Below are positions 1 to 9,095 of a DNA stretch of 64,000 nucleotides, piece by piece. The DNA is from Candidatus Brocadiia bacterium (GTDB lineage: Bacteria; Planctomycetota; Brocadiia; CAIUPP01): assembly GCA_050015075.1 (NCBI GenBank), contig JBEKCB010000009.1:39386-103385 (forward strand), given 5' to 3'. The notes under the pieces were generated by a model. It had not been told where the DNA came from, searched no databases, and saw only the letters and a list, made by a program, of their open reading frames with translations. A program made the translations under genes and the position numbers. Positions within the stretch are counted from its first letter, which is position 1, and every line of letters begins with the position of its first letter.

Positions 1-1
1 G

Positions 2-1243
2 GTCGTTCTGGACGTAGACGGCGTGATCTTTCCGGACCAGTTCATGATCGCGCTGGCTCGGCGGCGCGGCACGTGGAGTTTCGCGCGGACCGTGACCGAC
101 TGCCTGCTCTTCAACCTCGGGCGGATCGGGCTGGAGGAGTTGCTGCGCCGGTCGTTCGGGCGGCTGAAGGGCATGCTGTGGCAAACGGCCTGCGAGGTCT
201 TCCGCGGCATGGCCATCGCGCCGCACGCGGCCGAGACGATCGCGGAGCTGAAGGCCGCGGGCCGCCAGGTGATCCTGCTCACCTCCGGCGTGCCGGACCC
301 GTTCGTGAAGGAGCTGGCGGCAGCGCTCGGCGCGGACGGCGGCGCGGGGACGCTGGTCGAGGTGAAAGGCGGCCGGCTGACCGGCAACGTCTCCGGCGCG
401 CTGGCGCGGACGAACAGCAAGCGCGAGTTCGTCGCGCGGCTCATCGAGCGCGAGGGGATTCCGTGGAGCCACGTGGTCGCCGTCGGCGACGATCCGAACA
501 ACCTGTCCCTCATGCGGCGCGCCGGCATCAGCATCGGCTTCCACGCCGTGTACAACGTGCGGCGCGAGGTCAGTCACCTGGTCGAGTCTAACGACCTGGC
601 GGACATCCTGCCGTGCGCGCTCGGCGCGGCGGGCCCGCACCTGCTGCCGCACCACCCGAGCGCGATGCGCTCGTGGCATCATGAAATCCTCCGCAAAAGT
701 CTCCACATGAGCGCGCTGGCGGTGCCGTTCCTGGCGGGATACTCCGTGATGGGGGTCTCGCTGCTGCTGCTGGCGCTCGCGGCGGGGTACCTGGTGCTGG
801 AGTTCTGGCGGGTGCACGGCGTGCATCTGCCGCTGGCGCACCGGCTGACGCAGGTGGTGCTGCGGAGATCCGAGTCGCGCCGGCTGGCGACGGCGCCGCT
901 GACGCTGGGGTTCGGGATGCTGGTTTCGCTCTGGTGCCTGCCGCTGGCGGTGGCGCAAGCGTGCATCCTGATTGCGGCGGTGGCGGATTCGGCCGCGTCC
1001 ATCATCGGCGCGCGATGGGGGCGGACATTCTGGTCGCACAACCGATTGAAGTCGCTGGAGGGCTCGACCGCGTTCCTCGTCAGCGCGATCGTGTGCGGTT
1101 CGGTCTACCTGCCGCTGCGGAGCGCCGTGCCGCTGGCGATCGTCGCCGCGCTGATCGAGTCGCTGCCGCTGCAGGATTGGGACAACTTCGTGATGCCCGT
1201 CGGCGCGGGGTTGATCGGCGTGACGTTAATGGGGATTGGCTGA
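2..1243 (+). CDS. HAD-superfamily phosphatase (phosphoserine-phosphatase-like) fused to a CdsA/dolichol-kinase-like (CTP-transferase family) membrane domain. The 5' end is cut by the window edge.
   Basis: The frame stays open upstream of the listed ORF 23..1243. Nt 2-25 read VVLDVDGVI, which is HAD motif I (DxDG); VGDDPNN is motif III-like. The C-terminal half is multi-pass hydrophobic with AADSAASIIGARWGR...KSLEGS. Confidence 0.7.
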   Translation, partial: VVLDVDGVIFPDQFMIALARRRGTWSFARTVTDCLLFNLGRIGLEELLRRSFGRLKGMLWQTACEVFRGMAIAPHAAETIAELKAAGRQVILLTSGVPDPFVKELAAALGADGGAGTLVEVKGGRLTGNVSGALARTNSKREFVARLIEREGIPWSHVVAVGDDPNNLSLMRRAGISIGFHAVYNVRREVSHLVESNDLADILPCALGAAGPHLLPHHPSAMRSWHHEILRKSLHMSALAVPFLAGYSVMGVSLLLLALAAGYLVLEFWRVHGVHLPLAHRLTQVVLRRSESRRLATAPLTLGFGMLVSLWCLPLAVAQACILIAAVADSAASIIGARWGRTFWSHNRLKSLEGSTAFLVSAIVCGSVYLPLRSAVPLAIVAALIESLPLQDWDNFVMPVGAGLIGVTLMGIG

Positions 1244-1334
1244 CGAAGCTGCTCAATCGCCGTTAATCATTCGGGAATCCGCCTTCGCCCTTCGACTGCG
1301 CTCAGGCCTACGGCGGACAAGTCGGCAGGCCTGT

Positions 1335-2057
1335 TCATTCTTCCAAGTCTTTAGCCAGGCTCTTGAGCGCGGCGCGGTGAATCTGGCAGACGCGCGAATC
1401 GGTCACGTGCAGGATCGCCCCGATCTCGCGCAGCGCCAGCCGCTCGAAGTAATAGAGGGTGATGACCAGCCGCTGGGTCTTCGTCAGGCGGAGGATGGCC
1501 TCGGCGAGACGCGACTTTTCCTCTTCGAGCGATGCGTGGTCCAGCGGCTGCAGGGCCGGGTCGCGCTGCTCGTGCTGCGCCAGGGCGCACTCACCGTCGG
1601 GCGCGGCGGAGAGCGGCATCTCGTCGAGCGAGTAGAACACGTGCGCGCCGGCGCCTTTCAGGTCGGCGAGGTCCTGCGCGGCGAGTCCCGTCCGGTTGCA
1701 GACTTCCGCGGAGGTGGGCGAGCGGTGGACTTCCTGTTCGAGTTGCGCGCTGGCCCGCGCGACGCGCCCGAGTTCCGAGCGCACCGACCGCGGCAGCCAG
1801 TCGTCGGAGCGCAGCGCGTCGAGCATGGCCCCGCGAATGCGAGTCACGGCGTAAGTGTGAAAGCGCACGTTCCGCGCCGGGTCGAAACGGTCGGCGGCGT
1901 CAATCAGCCCGACTGCGCCCGCCTCGAGCAGGTCGCCGCGGTCCACGTGCGGCGGCAGGTGCGCGGCCACGCGGCCGAGCACGTACTTCACCAGCGGCAG
2001 ATGACCGAGGATCAGTTTCTCCCGCGCTTTAGCCGAGGAGCGCGCGACTTTGCGCAT
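1335..2057 (-). CDS. fliA: RNA polymerase sigma factor, FliA/WhiG (sigma-28) family
   Basis: LPLVKYV..., DLLEAGAVGLIDAADRFDP, FHTYAVTRIRGAMLDALRSDDWLPRSVR, and a C-terminal HTH (LALREIGAILHVTDSRVCQIHRAAL). I chose the internal start MRKVARSS; the maximal ORF runs to 2258 from a TTG. Confidence 0.85.
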   Translation of the reverse strand: MRKVARSSAKAREKLILGHLPLVKYVLGRVAAHLPPHVDRGDLLEAGAVGLIDAADRFDPARNVRFHTYAVTRIRGAMLDALRSDDWLPRSVRSELGRVARASAQLEQEVHRSPTSAEVCNRTGLAAQDLADLKGAGAHVFYSLDEMPLSAAPDGECALAQHEQRDPALQPLDHASLEEEKSRLAEAILRLTKTQRLVITLYYFERLALREIGAILHVTDSRVCQIHRAALKSLAKDLEE

Positions 2058-2685
2058 GCGTCCTGAGTTCGCGTGTCCGTTTTCTGAGGGTTGCCGGCAG
2101 GTTCGCGCGCGGCGAACCATGGGCTCGGCGATCTGAGCCGACGCGTGGCTGGCCATCTGGATTTCCCTTCCCTGCGTAACGGTCGGACGCCGCTTGCAGC
2201 GCTCCATCCGTGGGGCGCCGCCGCCGGCTGCACTTCGATTACCAGCGGAAAAGAGCAAAATCTGTGCCGAGGAGCTACACTCGGCTTTAACTGGAAGGAT
2301 ATTCGAGCGTCGCAGCGATGCCGCTGAGGCGCCGGATTACGCGATTTTCCGGAAGCCGAATGCGAACATCGGGATGTCGCAACTCCTTGCTTAATAGCCG
2401 GCTACGACATGCGAAGTGAAATCATCGGCGGCAACCCTCCGCCGCGCGCCCGGCGCGCCGATTTGCGTTCAGCGCAAATCCGAAACGAACCATTGTGCGA
2501 CGACGGCCCGGACAAGCCCTGTCCGATAATGCACGTTTTGCGGTATTTTTGAACATGTCCGCCGCCTGGCTCTGGAGGCGCGGCAGGTTCATGTGGAACG
2601 CACGATTATGGAGCCGACGCCATAATAAAAGCGCGCAAAGCGCAAAATGCGTCGGGCTTGTCGAAGGCCGTTCGCACTTTTCATT

Positions 2686-2714
2686 TTGCATTTTCCGCTA
2701 CTGACCGATAGAAT
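2686..2714 (+). promoter_or_regulatory. sigma70-like promoter TTGCAT-N17-TAGAAT upstream of the GAF-PP2C gene
   Basis: Hexamers read directly from the sequence. A GAGGGAG Shine-Dalgarno lies about 5 nt before the GTG at 2764. Confidence 0.45.
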
Positions 2715-2763
2715 CCGCGAGTCGTTCCGGCGGTTCCTTCCGCGCCGGCTGTCGAGGGAGCGC

Positions 2764-4884
2764 GTGTTACACATCCTTTACTTCCATCTGCCGATCGGCG
2801 GGCTAAGCTGCCTCAGCCGGGCGTTTGTGCTCGGGATCATCTTGAGCAGCCAGGCGCTGCTGGCGCGGCGCAAGCGCGTCGGTTTCGAGCAGCACCTGAT
2901 CCTCTTCAGCACGTTCAGCTTCCTCATGGCCGCTGAAATCTTCGGCATCTCTCTGTCGCTCCTGGATTCCGGTCCGGAGATCGGCCTGCCGGCGGCGATG
3001 TGGGTCTGGTATCCGGTGCTGTCATCGGTCGGGCTGCTCGGCCTGGCGTTCTGCTTCGACTTCATGCGCCTGACCGGCGGCGAGCCGGACCGCGGCGCTC
3101 CGCGCCGGTCGCTCCGGTCGCACAGCCTGCGGTTCCTCGTCGCGGCCGGGATTCTCTTTGCGCTGGGCGCGCTGCTGATGCAGGCGTCATTCGGCCACGA
3201 CGAATTCCCGACCTCGCGCCACCAGATGGGCTCCGTCTCGTACCTGCTCCACGGGATCCAGGCCGCGGCGATGGCGCTGCTGGTCTGGAAGGCGCTGATC
3301 ACGCGGCGCGTCTGGCTCTCGCGCACGGAGACGCGCATCTTCGTCCTCGCCGCCCTCCTCGGAGTGATCGGCGCGCTCGTCCAGATCCTCGACGGCCCGC
3401 AGGAATTCCTGACCACGTTCGCCTTCACGCTCTTCGTCGGGGTGCTCCTGCGCGACAACTATCGCCGCAGCGAGCTGGACGCGGTCCGCGCCTCGACCGA
3501 GCGCACCGCGCACATGCTGCTCTTCCATCGCATCACCACGCAGCTCAAATCCACCTCGGACCTGCCGCGGCTTTACGAGATCACGCTGAACAGCCTGCTC
3601 GACCGCCTGCACGCCGAGTCCGGCGCGATCTACGTCGGCGCGGATGCCGAGTCGGAACTGCTGCCGGCGCGCGTGCAGGGGCCTTATCCGCCGCCGCTGC
3701 CGCTCGGCGATCTCGCCTCGAGCGACGCGGTCGAAATCCGCACGCTGATCTCCAGCGCGCACGTTCCGCCGGGCGCCGGCATCATCGGCCGGGTCGCAGC
3801 GACCGGCGTGCCGCTCTACATCGCTTCGGCCGAGGACGCCGCCGCGCATTACACCTGGCCGACCGGCGCGGTCCATGTGCGCACGGCCATCACTCTGCCG
3901 CTGCGCGGACCGGCCGGCGCCTTCGGCGCAATCCAGGTCGTCAACCGCCGCGACGGGGCCGCGTTCAGCGAATCGGACCTGCACTTCGCCAGCCTCATCG
4001 CCGAGCAGGCCGGCCTGGCCATCTACGACGCGCGCCTCCACGCGGAGATGGTCCAGCGCCAGCGCGCCGAGGAGCAGCTCCGCGTCGCGCGCGAGATCCA
4101 ACTGCGCATGATCCCCTCCGAGCCGCCGCACATCGAGGGACTCTCGCTCGGCGCGGAGTACATGCCCGCCGAAGAAGTCGGCGGCGACTACTTCGATTTC
4201 TACCGCATTGACCACGACCACCTCGGCGTCGTCATCTTCGACGTCGCCGGCCGCGGCGTGCCGGCCGCGCTGCTCATGGCGATCACCAGCACGTTCTTCA
4301 AGATGGCCGCGCCGCGCTCGAACTCGCCGGCGTGGGTCCTCAACGAAGTCAACGCCGCGCTCACCGCCGAGCTGCGCCACGGACTTTACGTCACCGCGCT
4401 CTACGGCGTCCTCCGGCTCAGCACGCTCCAATTCACCTTCGTCTGCGCCGGCCACACCGACGCCATCGTGATGCAGGAAGGCAAGCTCGAGTGCGACCGC
4501 CACCGGCCGCGAGGCGCGGCGCTCGGCCTCCTGCGGCCGAACCGCTTTCGCGCCGTGATGGAGCAGGAGACGATCCAGCTCCGCGAGGGCGACACGCTCC
4601 TGCTCTACACCGACGGGGTCGTCGAGGCGATGAACGACGAAGGCGAGCAGTTCGGCGAGGACCGCCTTTGCGAGGTCGCGCGCGCGCACACCGCCGACGG
4701 CGCGCGCAAGCTCGCGGCCGGGATTAAAGACGCCGTCCGCCAGTACTCCGGCCCGCACCGTCAGGACGACGACATCACCGTCCTCACGCTCCAGATCGCG
4801 CCGGAGCCGGAGACGCCGGCGCGCGAACCGCAGCCGGAACCGCCCGCGCCGGAGGCGGAATCACCCAGTGCGGAGGCGCCATGA
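2764..4884 (+). CDS. Membrane-anchored GAF domain / PP2C-type (SpoIIE/RsbU-like) serine phosphatase
   Basis: Several N-terminal TM helices, then a GAF-like middle (AGIIGRVAATGVPLYI...AFGAIQVVNRRDG). PP2C motifs are EEVGGDYFDF, VVIFDVAGRGVPAALLMA, LLLYTDGVVEAMN and DDITVL. The GTG start at 2764 was chosen for its SD; the ORF is open from 2647. Confidence 0.85.
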   Translation: MLHILYFHLPIGGLSCLSRAFVLGIILSSQALLARRKRVGFEQHLILFSTFSFLMAAEIFGISLSLLDSGPEIGLPAAMWVWYPVLSSVGLLGLAFCFDFMRLTGGEPDRGAPRRSLRSHSLRFLVAAGILFALGALLMQASFGHDEFPTSRHQMGSVSYLLHGIQAAAMALLVWKALITRRVWLSRTETRIFVLAALLGVIGALVQILDGPQEFLTTFAFTLFVGVLLRDNYRRSELDAVRASTERTAHMLLFHRITTQLKSTSDLPRLYEITLNSLLDRLHAESGAIYVGADAESELLPARVQGPYPPPLPLGDLASSDAVEIRTLISSAHVPPGAGIIGRVAATGVPLYIASAEDAAAHYTWPTGAVHVRTAITLPLRGPAGAFGAIQVVNRRDGAAFSESDLHFASLIAEQAGLAIYDARLHAEMVQRQRAEEQLRVAREIQLRMIPSEPPHIEGLSLGAEYMPAEEVGGDYFDFYRIDHDHLGVVIFDVAGRGVPAALLMAITSTFFKMAAPRSNSPAWVLNEVNAALTAELRHGLYVTALYGVLRLSTLQFTFVCAGHTDAIVMQEGKLECDRHRPRGAALGLLRPNRFRAVMEQETIQLREGDTLLLYTDGVVEAMNDEGEQFGEDRLCEVARAHTADGARKLAAGIKDAVRQYSGPHRQDDDITVLTLQIAPEPETPAREPQPEPPAPEAESPSAEAP

Positions 4885-4903
4885 CACCATCGGGCCGCAC
4901 CCA

Positions 4904-4999
4904 ATCGTCCTCGTCCTCGTCGTCGTCCTCGTCCTCGAACTGACGTTTAGAACGACCGAGGACGAGGACGACGACGAGGACGGTTACGAGGACGGCGAT
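4904..4999. repeat. Palindromic intergenic element, (GTCCTC)n-arm type, copy 1
   Basis: ATCGTCCTCGTCCTCGTCGTCGTCCTCGTCCTCGAAC-tgac-GTTTAGAACGACCGAGGACGAGGACGACGACGAGGACGG...GAT. The arms are reverse complements, and the loop is conserved with copies at 13295, 14065 and 29090. Confidence 0.85.
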
Positions 5000-5043
5000 T
5001 ACGATCCTCACCAAATCATATTTGAGGTTTTGAGACCGCTTCC

Positions 5044-6927
5044 ATGAATGACTCGCCTCCACCCGCCGCCGGCCGCATCCGCCGCCTCGGGCCCGAACTG
5101 GTCAACCAGATCGCCGCCGGCGAGGTCGTCGAGCGCCCGGCTTCCGTCATCAAGGAACTCGTCGAGAACTCGATTGACGCGGGCGCATCGCGCATCGAGG
5201 TCGCGCTCGAGGACGGCGGCAAGAAACTGGTGCGCGTCTCCGACGACGGCATCGGCATGTCGGCGACGGACCTCTCGCTGCTCTTCGAGAGCCATGCCAC
5301 GAGCAAGATCGGCGGCGTGGACGACCTGGCCCGCATCCGCACGCTCGGGTTCCGCGGCGAGGCGCTCGCGAGCATCGCCGCGGTCAGCCGGTGCCGCGCC
5401 GTCTCGCGCGAGCGCGGCTCGGCCGAAGCCTCCGTCGTCCAGTGCGAAGCCGGACGCGCCGGCGAAGTCCGCTCCTGCGGCGCGCCCGAAGGCACGCTCG
5501 TCGAGGTGCGCGACCTGTTCTTCAACACGCCCGCGCGATTCAAGTTCCTGCGCTCGACCGCGACGGAGCTGCGGCACATCGTCGAGATGATGACGCGCCT
5601 GGCGCTCCCGCATCCGGCGCTGGCGCTCGCGCTCGTCCACAACGGCAAGCCGGTCCTCAAATTGCCGGGCTGCGCGCCGCCGGGCGCGGCCGGCCAAGCC
5701 CAGGCGCCGCAGATCCTCGCGGAGCGGCTCGAGTCGCTCTACGGCGCGGAATTCGTCCGCCGGCTGCTGCCGGTGCGGTCGGAGACGTCGGCGATGCTCC
5801 TGAGCGGCTTCGTCTCGCCGCCCGGCGAGGGCGAGGCTTCCGCGCTCCAGCATTTCTTCCTGAACGGCCGGGCGATCCGCGACCGGGCGCTGCAGCGCGC
5901 CGTCGCTGAAGCGTATCGCGCGCGGCTGGCGCATGGCCGCTTCCCGGCGGTTTTCCTCAGCCTGGAGATTGACCCGGGCCGCGTGGACGTCAACGTCCAT
6001 CCCACGAAAATCGAGGTGCGGTTCCGCGATTCCGGCGCGGTCTTCGCGCAAGTGCTCACGGCGCTGGAGAAGGCGCTCCGCGCGGCGGCGCCGACTTCGG
6101 CCGAGCCCTCAAAACCGCCCGCCTCCGCCGCCGAGCGGCGCGAGAACGTCCGGCAGGCCGTGACGGAATTCTTCGACCGCTCGTCCGGCCGCCGCGATTT
6201 TCCGCCGCCGGGGACCGGCGCGCGGACTGCCGCTTCGCGGGAGCCGGCGCCGCCCGCTCAGCCTCCGCAAAACGCGCCGCCGTTCGAACCGCCTCCGGCC
6301 GCGCCGCAGGCTGCGCCTCATCCTTCGCCCGTCGCCGCTCAACCTCCCGCGCCGGCGCCGCCCAGGAACTTCATCCAGATCCACGACCGCTACCTCGTCG
6401 AGGAAACGCCCGGCGGGTTCCTCGTCGCCGACCAGCACGCGCTGCACGAGCGCATCCTGTACGAGGAACTCAAGCAGCGCGTCAGCCACGCCGCCGTCCC
6501 GCGCCAGCGGCTGCTCATCCCCGAGATCGTGGACCTGCGCCCGGCGGATTTCCTGCGGGTGATGGAGATGCGCGAGACGCTGCTGAAAATGGGCGTGGAG
6601 GTCGAGCCGTTCGGAGAGAAGACCGTCGCCGTCCACGCCGTGCCGCACCTGGCCACGGGCGCGAACCCGCGCGAGCTGCTGCTGGAGATCCTGCGCGAGA
6701 CCGCCGAGGAATCCGAAGGCGGCGCCGTGGACCGGCAGGAGCGGCTCCTGCGCGTGATCGCGTGCAAGGCCGCCGTCAAGGCCGGCGATCGCCTCTCCAG
6801 GACACAGGTCGAGGCCCTGCTCGACCGGCGAGACCAGATCGGCCCCGAGACCATCTGTCCGCACGGCCGCCCCACCACGCTCCGTTTCGACCTCCGCGAC
6901 ATCGAGCGGCAGTTCCTTCGGAAATAG
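5044..6927 (+). CDS. mutL: DNA mismatch repair protein MutL
   Basis: IRRLGPELVNQIAAGEVVERPASVIKELVENSIDAGASRIEV, DDGIGM, RTLGFRGEALASI, and a C-terminal dimerisation domain with a Pro-rich linker. Confidence 0.95.
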   Translation: MNDSPPPAAGRIRRLGPELVNQIAAGEVVERPASVIKELVENSIDAGASRIEVALEDGGKKLVRVSDDGIGMSATDLSLLFESHATSKIGGVDDLARIRTLGFRGEALASIAAVSRCRAVSRERGSAEASVVQCEAGRAGEVRSCGAPEGTLVEVRDLFFNTPARFKFLRSTATELRHIVEMMTRLALPHPALALALVHNGKPVLKLPGCAPPGAAGQAQAPQILAERLESLYGAEFVRRLLPVRSETSAMLLSGFVSPPGEGEASALQHFFLNGRAIRDRALQRAVAEAYRARLAHGRFPAVFLSLEIDPGRVDVNVHPTKIEVRFRDSGAVFAQVLTALEKALRAAAPTSAEPSKPPASAAERRENVRQAVTEFFDRSSGRRDFPPPGTGARTAASREPAPPAQPPQNAPPFEPPPAAPQAAPHPSPVAAQPPAPAPPRNFIQIHDRYLVEETPGGFLVADQHALHERILYEELKQRVSHAAVPRQRLLIPEIVDLRPADFLRVMEMRETLLKMGVEVEPFGEKTVAVHAVPHLATGANPRELLLEILRETAEESEGGAVDRQERLLRVIACKAAVKAGDRLSRTQVEALLDRRDQIGPETICPHGRPTTLRFDLRDIERQFLRK

Positions 6928-7038
6928 GTTGCCGGGTTCATGTCATTCTCGGGAGCTTGACCTTATTTATTTAGAAATGATACCTTGGACTGCTGTGGGG
7001 ACATCGAACCGCCGGTCATTTGGGGACAGGAGACTGTC

Positions 7039-7722
7039 ATGAAAAATTCCAGGGCATGGATGGCGGTGGCACTCTGCGGGCTCCTGGGCGCGCTGACGGC
7101 GTGCTCCTCGGGTTCGAGCTACGTGAAGCCCGGTTACAACTTCAACTCCGTCGGCAGAGTCGCGGTGATCGTCTCGATGAGCGTCGGCTACCCGCCGCAG
7201 CGGCAGGAGATCGCCGACCTGTTCGCCATGCACATCCTTCAGAAAGGCTACGACGTGATTGACCGCGCCAACGTGCCGGACCTGGCGCAGGAGGTCGCGT
7301 TCCAGAATACCTCCGGCATCACCAGCCCGGATGGGCGCGAGAAGCTCGCCATCCACAACGTCTCCACCGTGGTCGTCGTCAACATGGCCATGCAAAACGA
7401 AGAGGATTTTTCCATGACGGCCAAGATGCTGGACGTGCAGACCGGCACGCTGCTCTGGGCCGGCGAGGGGACCGGTGCCCTGAAGAGCGGGCTGGCCACT
7501 TTCGGCGGCGCGGTGCTGGGCGCAGGCGCCGGCGCGGCTATCGGCTCCATCGGAAACACGACCGGGGCGATCGTCGGCGGCGTGGCCGGCGCTCTGGGCG
7601 GAGGCGTGGTGGGCGCGGCCCTGGAGCCGGGCCAGGCACAACTGCTGCGCTCCGTGATCGAGAAAACGTGCAGGGACCTTCCCGCGCGGATGCCGGCGGG
7701 CGCGGTTCCGAGCCCGCACTGA
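7039..7722 (+). CDS. Lipoprotein with a C-terminal glycine-zipper segment (function unknown)
   Basis: Signal peptide plus lipobox (MKNSRAWMAVALCGLLGALTAC). The C-terminus is GGAVLGAGAGAAIGSIGNTTGAIVGGVAGALGGGVVGAAL. The start is internal to ORF 6985..7722. Confidence 0.65.
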   Translation: MKNSRAWMAVALCGLLGALTACSSGSSYVKPGYNFNSVGRVAVIVSMSVGYPPQRQEIADLFAMHILQKGYDVIDRANVPDLAQEVAFQNTSGITSPDGREKLAIHNVSTVVVVNMAMQNEEDFSMTAKMLDVQTGTLLWAGEGTGALKSGLATFGGAVLGAGAGAAIGSIGNTTGAIVGGVAGALGGGVVGAALEPGQAQLLRSVIEKTCRDLPARMPAGAVPSPH

Positions 7723-7777
7723 CGTCCCAATCGTCCTTTTCCTTCGCATCATGGGGCCATCTCCTCGCGGAAATCCG

Positions 7778-7806
7778 TTGACTTCACTTGCCGCGCTTGC
7801 TATACT
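7778..7806 (+). promoter_or_regulatory. sigma70-like promoter TTGACT-N17-TATACT upstream of pheA
   Basis: Hexamers read directly from the sequence. Confidence 0.45.
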
Positions 7807-7956
7807 TCTGGATTCAGGGCCGCGGGAGCGCGATGAATTCCAACGGACAAGTCCCGCAGCCTCAGGGAGTTACAGGCCATCGGCCGCCGCGTTCGATCGG
7901 CGGCGCCTGCGACAGGGAAGATATTGTCCTCGTCCGGTTCATTGATCAGCGGGCCA

Positions 7957-9063
7957 ATGAAGATCGAGCAACTTCGGACTCGGATTGACGAGATAGACCG
8001 GCGCATCATCGGCCTGCTGAACCGGCGCGCGCAGATGGCGATGCAGGTCGGCGAGATCAAGCACCGCGAGGGCGCGCCGATCTTCGCGCCCGAGCGCGAG
8101 GAACAGGTGCTGCGCCGCGCCGAGGCCTACACCGCCGAGCACGGCGTGATCGAGCCGGAGACGATGCGCGCGATCTACTCCGAGATCATCTCCGCGTGCC
8201 GTTCGGCCGAGCGGCGGCTCAGCGTGGCGTTCCTCGGGCCGCGCGGCTCGTTCAGCCACCACGCGGCCCGGTCGGCGCACTGGGCGACCGTCGGCGGCAG
8301 CGCGGTGAAACGGCGGTTCGGCTCGTCGGTGGACCTGCTGCCGGTGAACGGGATCGAGGCGGTCTTCGCCGAGGTCGCCACCGCCCGCGCCGATTACGGC
8401 GTGGTGCCGATCGAGAACACTTCCGAGGGCGGCATCGGCGCGACGCTGGACATGTTCATGGAGTCGGACCTCAAAGTCAGCGGCGAGATCCTGGTGCGGG
8501 TCCATCACGCCCTGCTGGCGCGATGCGCGCCGCGCGCGATCCGCAGGATTTACAGCAAGGCCGAGGTCCTCGGACAATGCAAGCGATGGCTGGCGAGCCA
8601 TTATTCGGACGCGACGCTGACCGAGGTCGCCTCGACCTCGCACGCGGCCGAGTTGGCCTCGCGCACGCGCGACGCGGCGGCGGTGGCGCACGAAGAGGCC
8701 GCGGCGATCTACGGGCTCAACGTCCTTCACCGCGGCATCGAGGACAACCCGTCGAACATGACGCGCTTCTACATCATCGCGCAGCGCGGCGCCGCGCCGA
8801 GCGGCCGCGACAAGACGAGCATTCTCTGCTTCATCAAGGACCAGGCCGGCGCGCTGCACCGCATCCTGTTCCCGTTCTGGCGCGCGCACGTCAACCTGAC
8901 GAAGATCGAGTCGTGGCCGTCGAAGCGCAAGGCCTGGGACTATTGCTTCTTCATTGATTTCGAGGGGCACCGCGACGATCCGAAGATCGCAGGCCTGCTC
9001 GACCGCGTGCACGCGCAGTGCAGCGAGATGAAGATCCTCGGCTCCTTCCCGGCCGCGCGGTGA
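7957..9063 (+). CDS. pheA: Bifunctional chorismate mutase / prephenate dehydratase (P-protein)
   Basis: Chorismate mutase: KIEQLRTRIDEIDRRIIGLLNRRAQMAMQVGEIK. Prephenate dehydratase: VAFLGPRGSFSHHAA...IENTSEGGI. ACT domain: KTSILCFIKDQAGALHRIL. An alternative TTG start lies at 7924. Confidence 0.9.
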   Translation: MKIEQLRTRIDEIDRRIIGLLNRRAQMAMQVGEIKHREGAPIFAPEREEQVLRRAEAYTAEHGVIEPETMRAIYSEIISACRSAERRLSVAFLGPRGSFSHHAARSAHWATVGGSAVKRRFGSSVDLLPVNGIEAVFAEVATARADYGVVPIENTSEGGIGATLDMFMESDLKVSGEILVRVHHALLARCAPRAIRRIYSKAEVLGQCKRWLASHYSDATLTEVASTSHAAELASRTRDAAAVAHEEAAAIYGLNVLHRGIEDNPSNMTRFYIIAQRGAAPSGRDKTSILCFIKDQAGALHRILFPFWRAHVNLTKIESWPSKRKAWDYCFFIDFEGHRDDPKIAGLLDRVHAQCSEMKILGSFPAAR

Positions 9064-9095
9064 AACATACGGATACGGAAACTGACAACTTGGAA

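Noticed and set aside
4784-5062. Asp/Glu-rich and Val/Leu-rich small ORFs (also 14037..14909, and parts of 12461..13978 and 28830..29861)
   Set aside because: The acidic or hydrophobic runs are simply translations of the (GTCCTC/GAGGAC)n palindrome arms. These ORFs overlap intergenic repeats or lie antisense to real genes.
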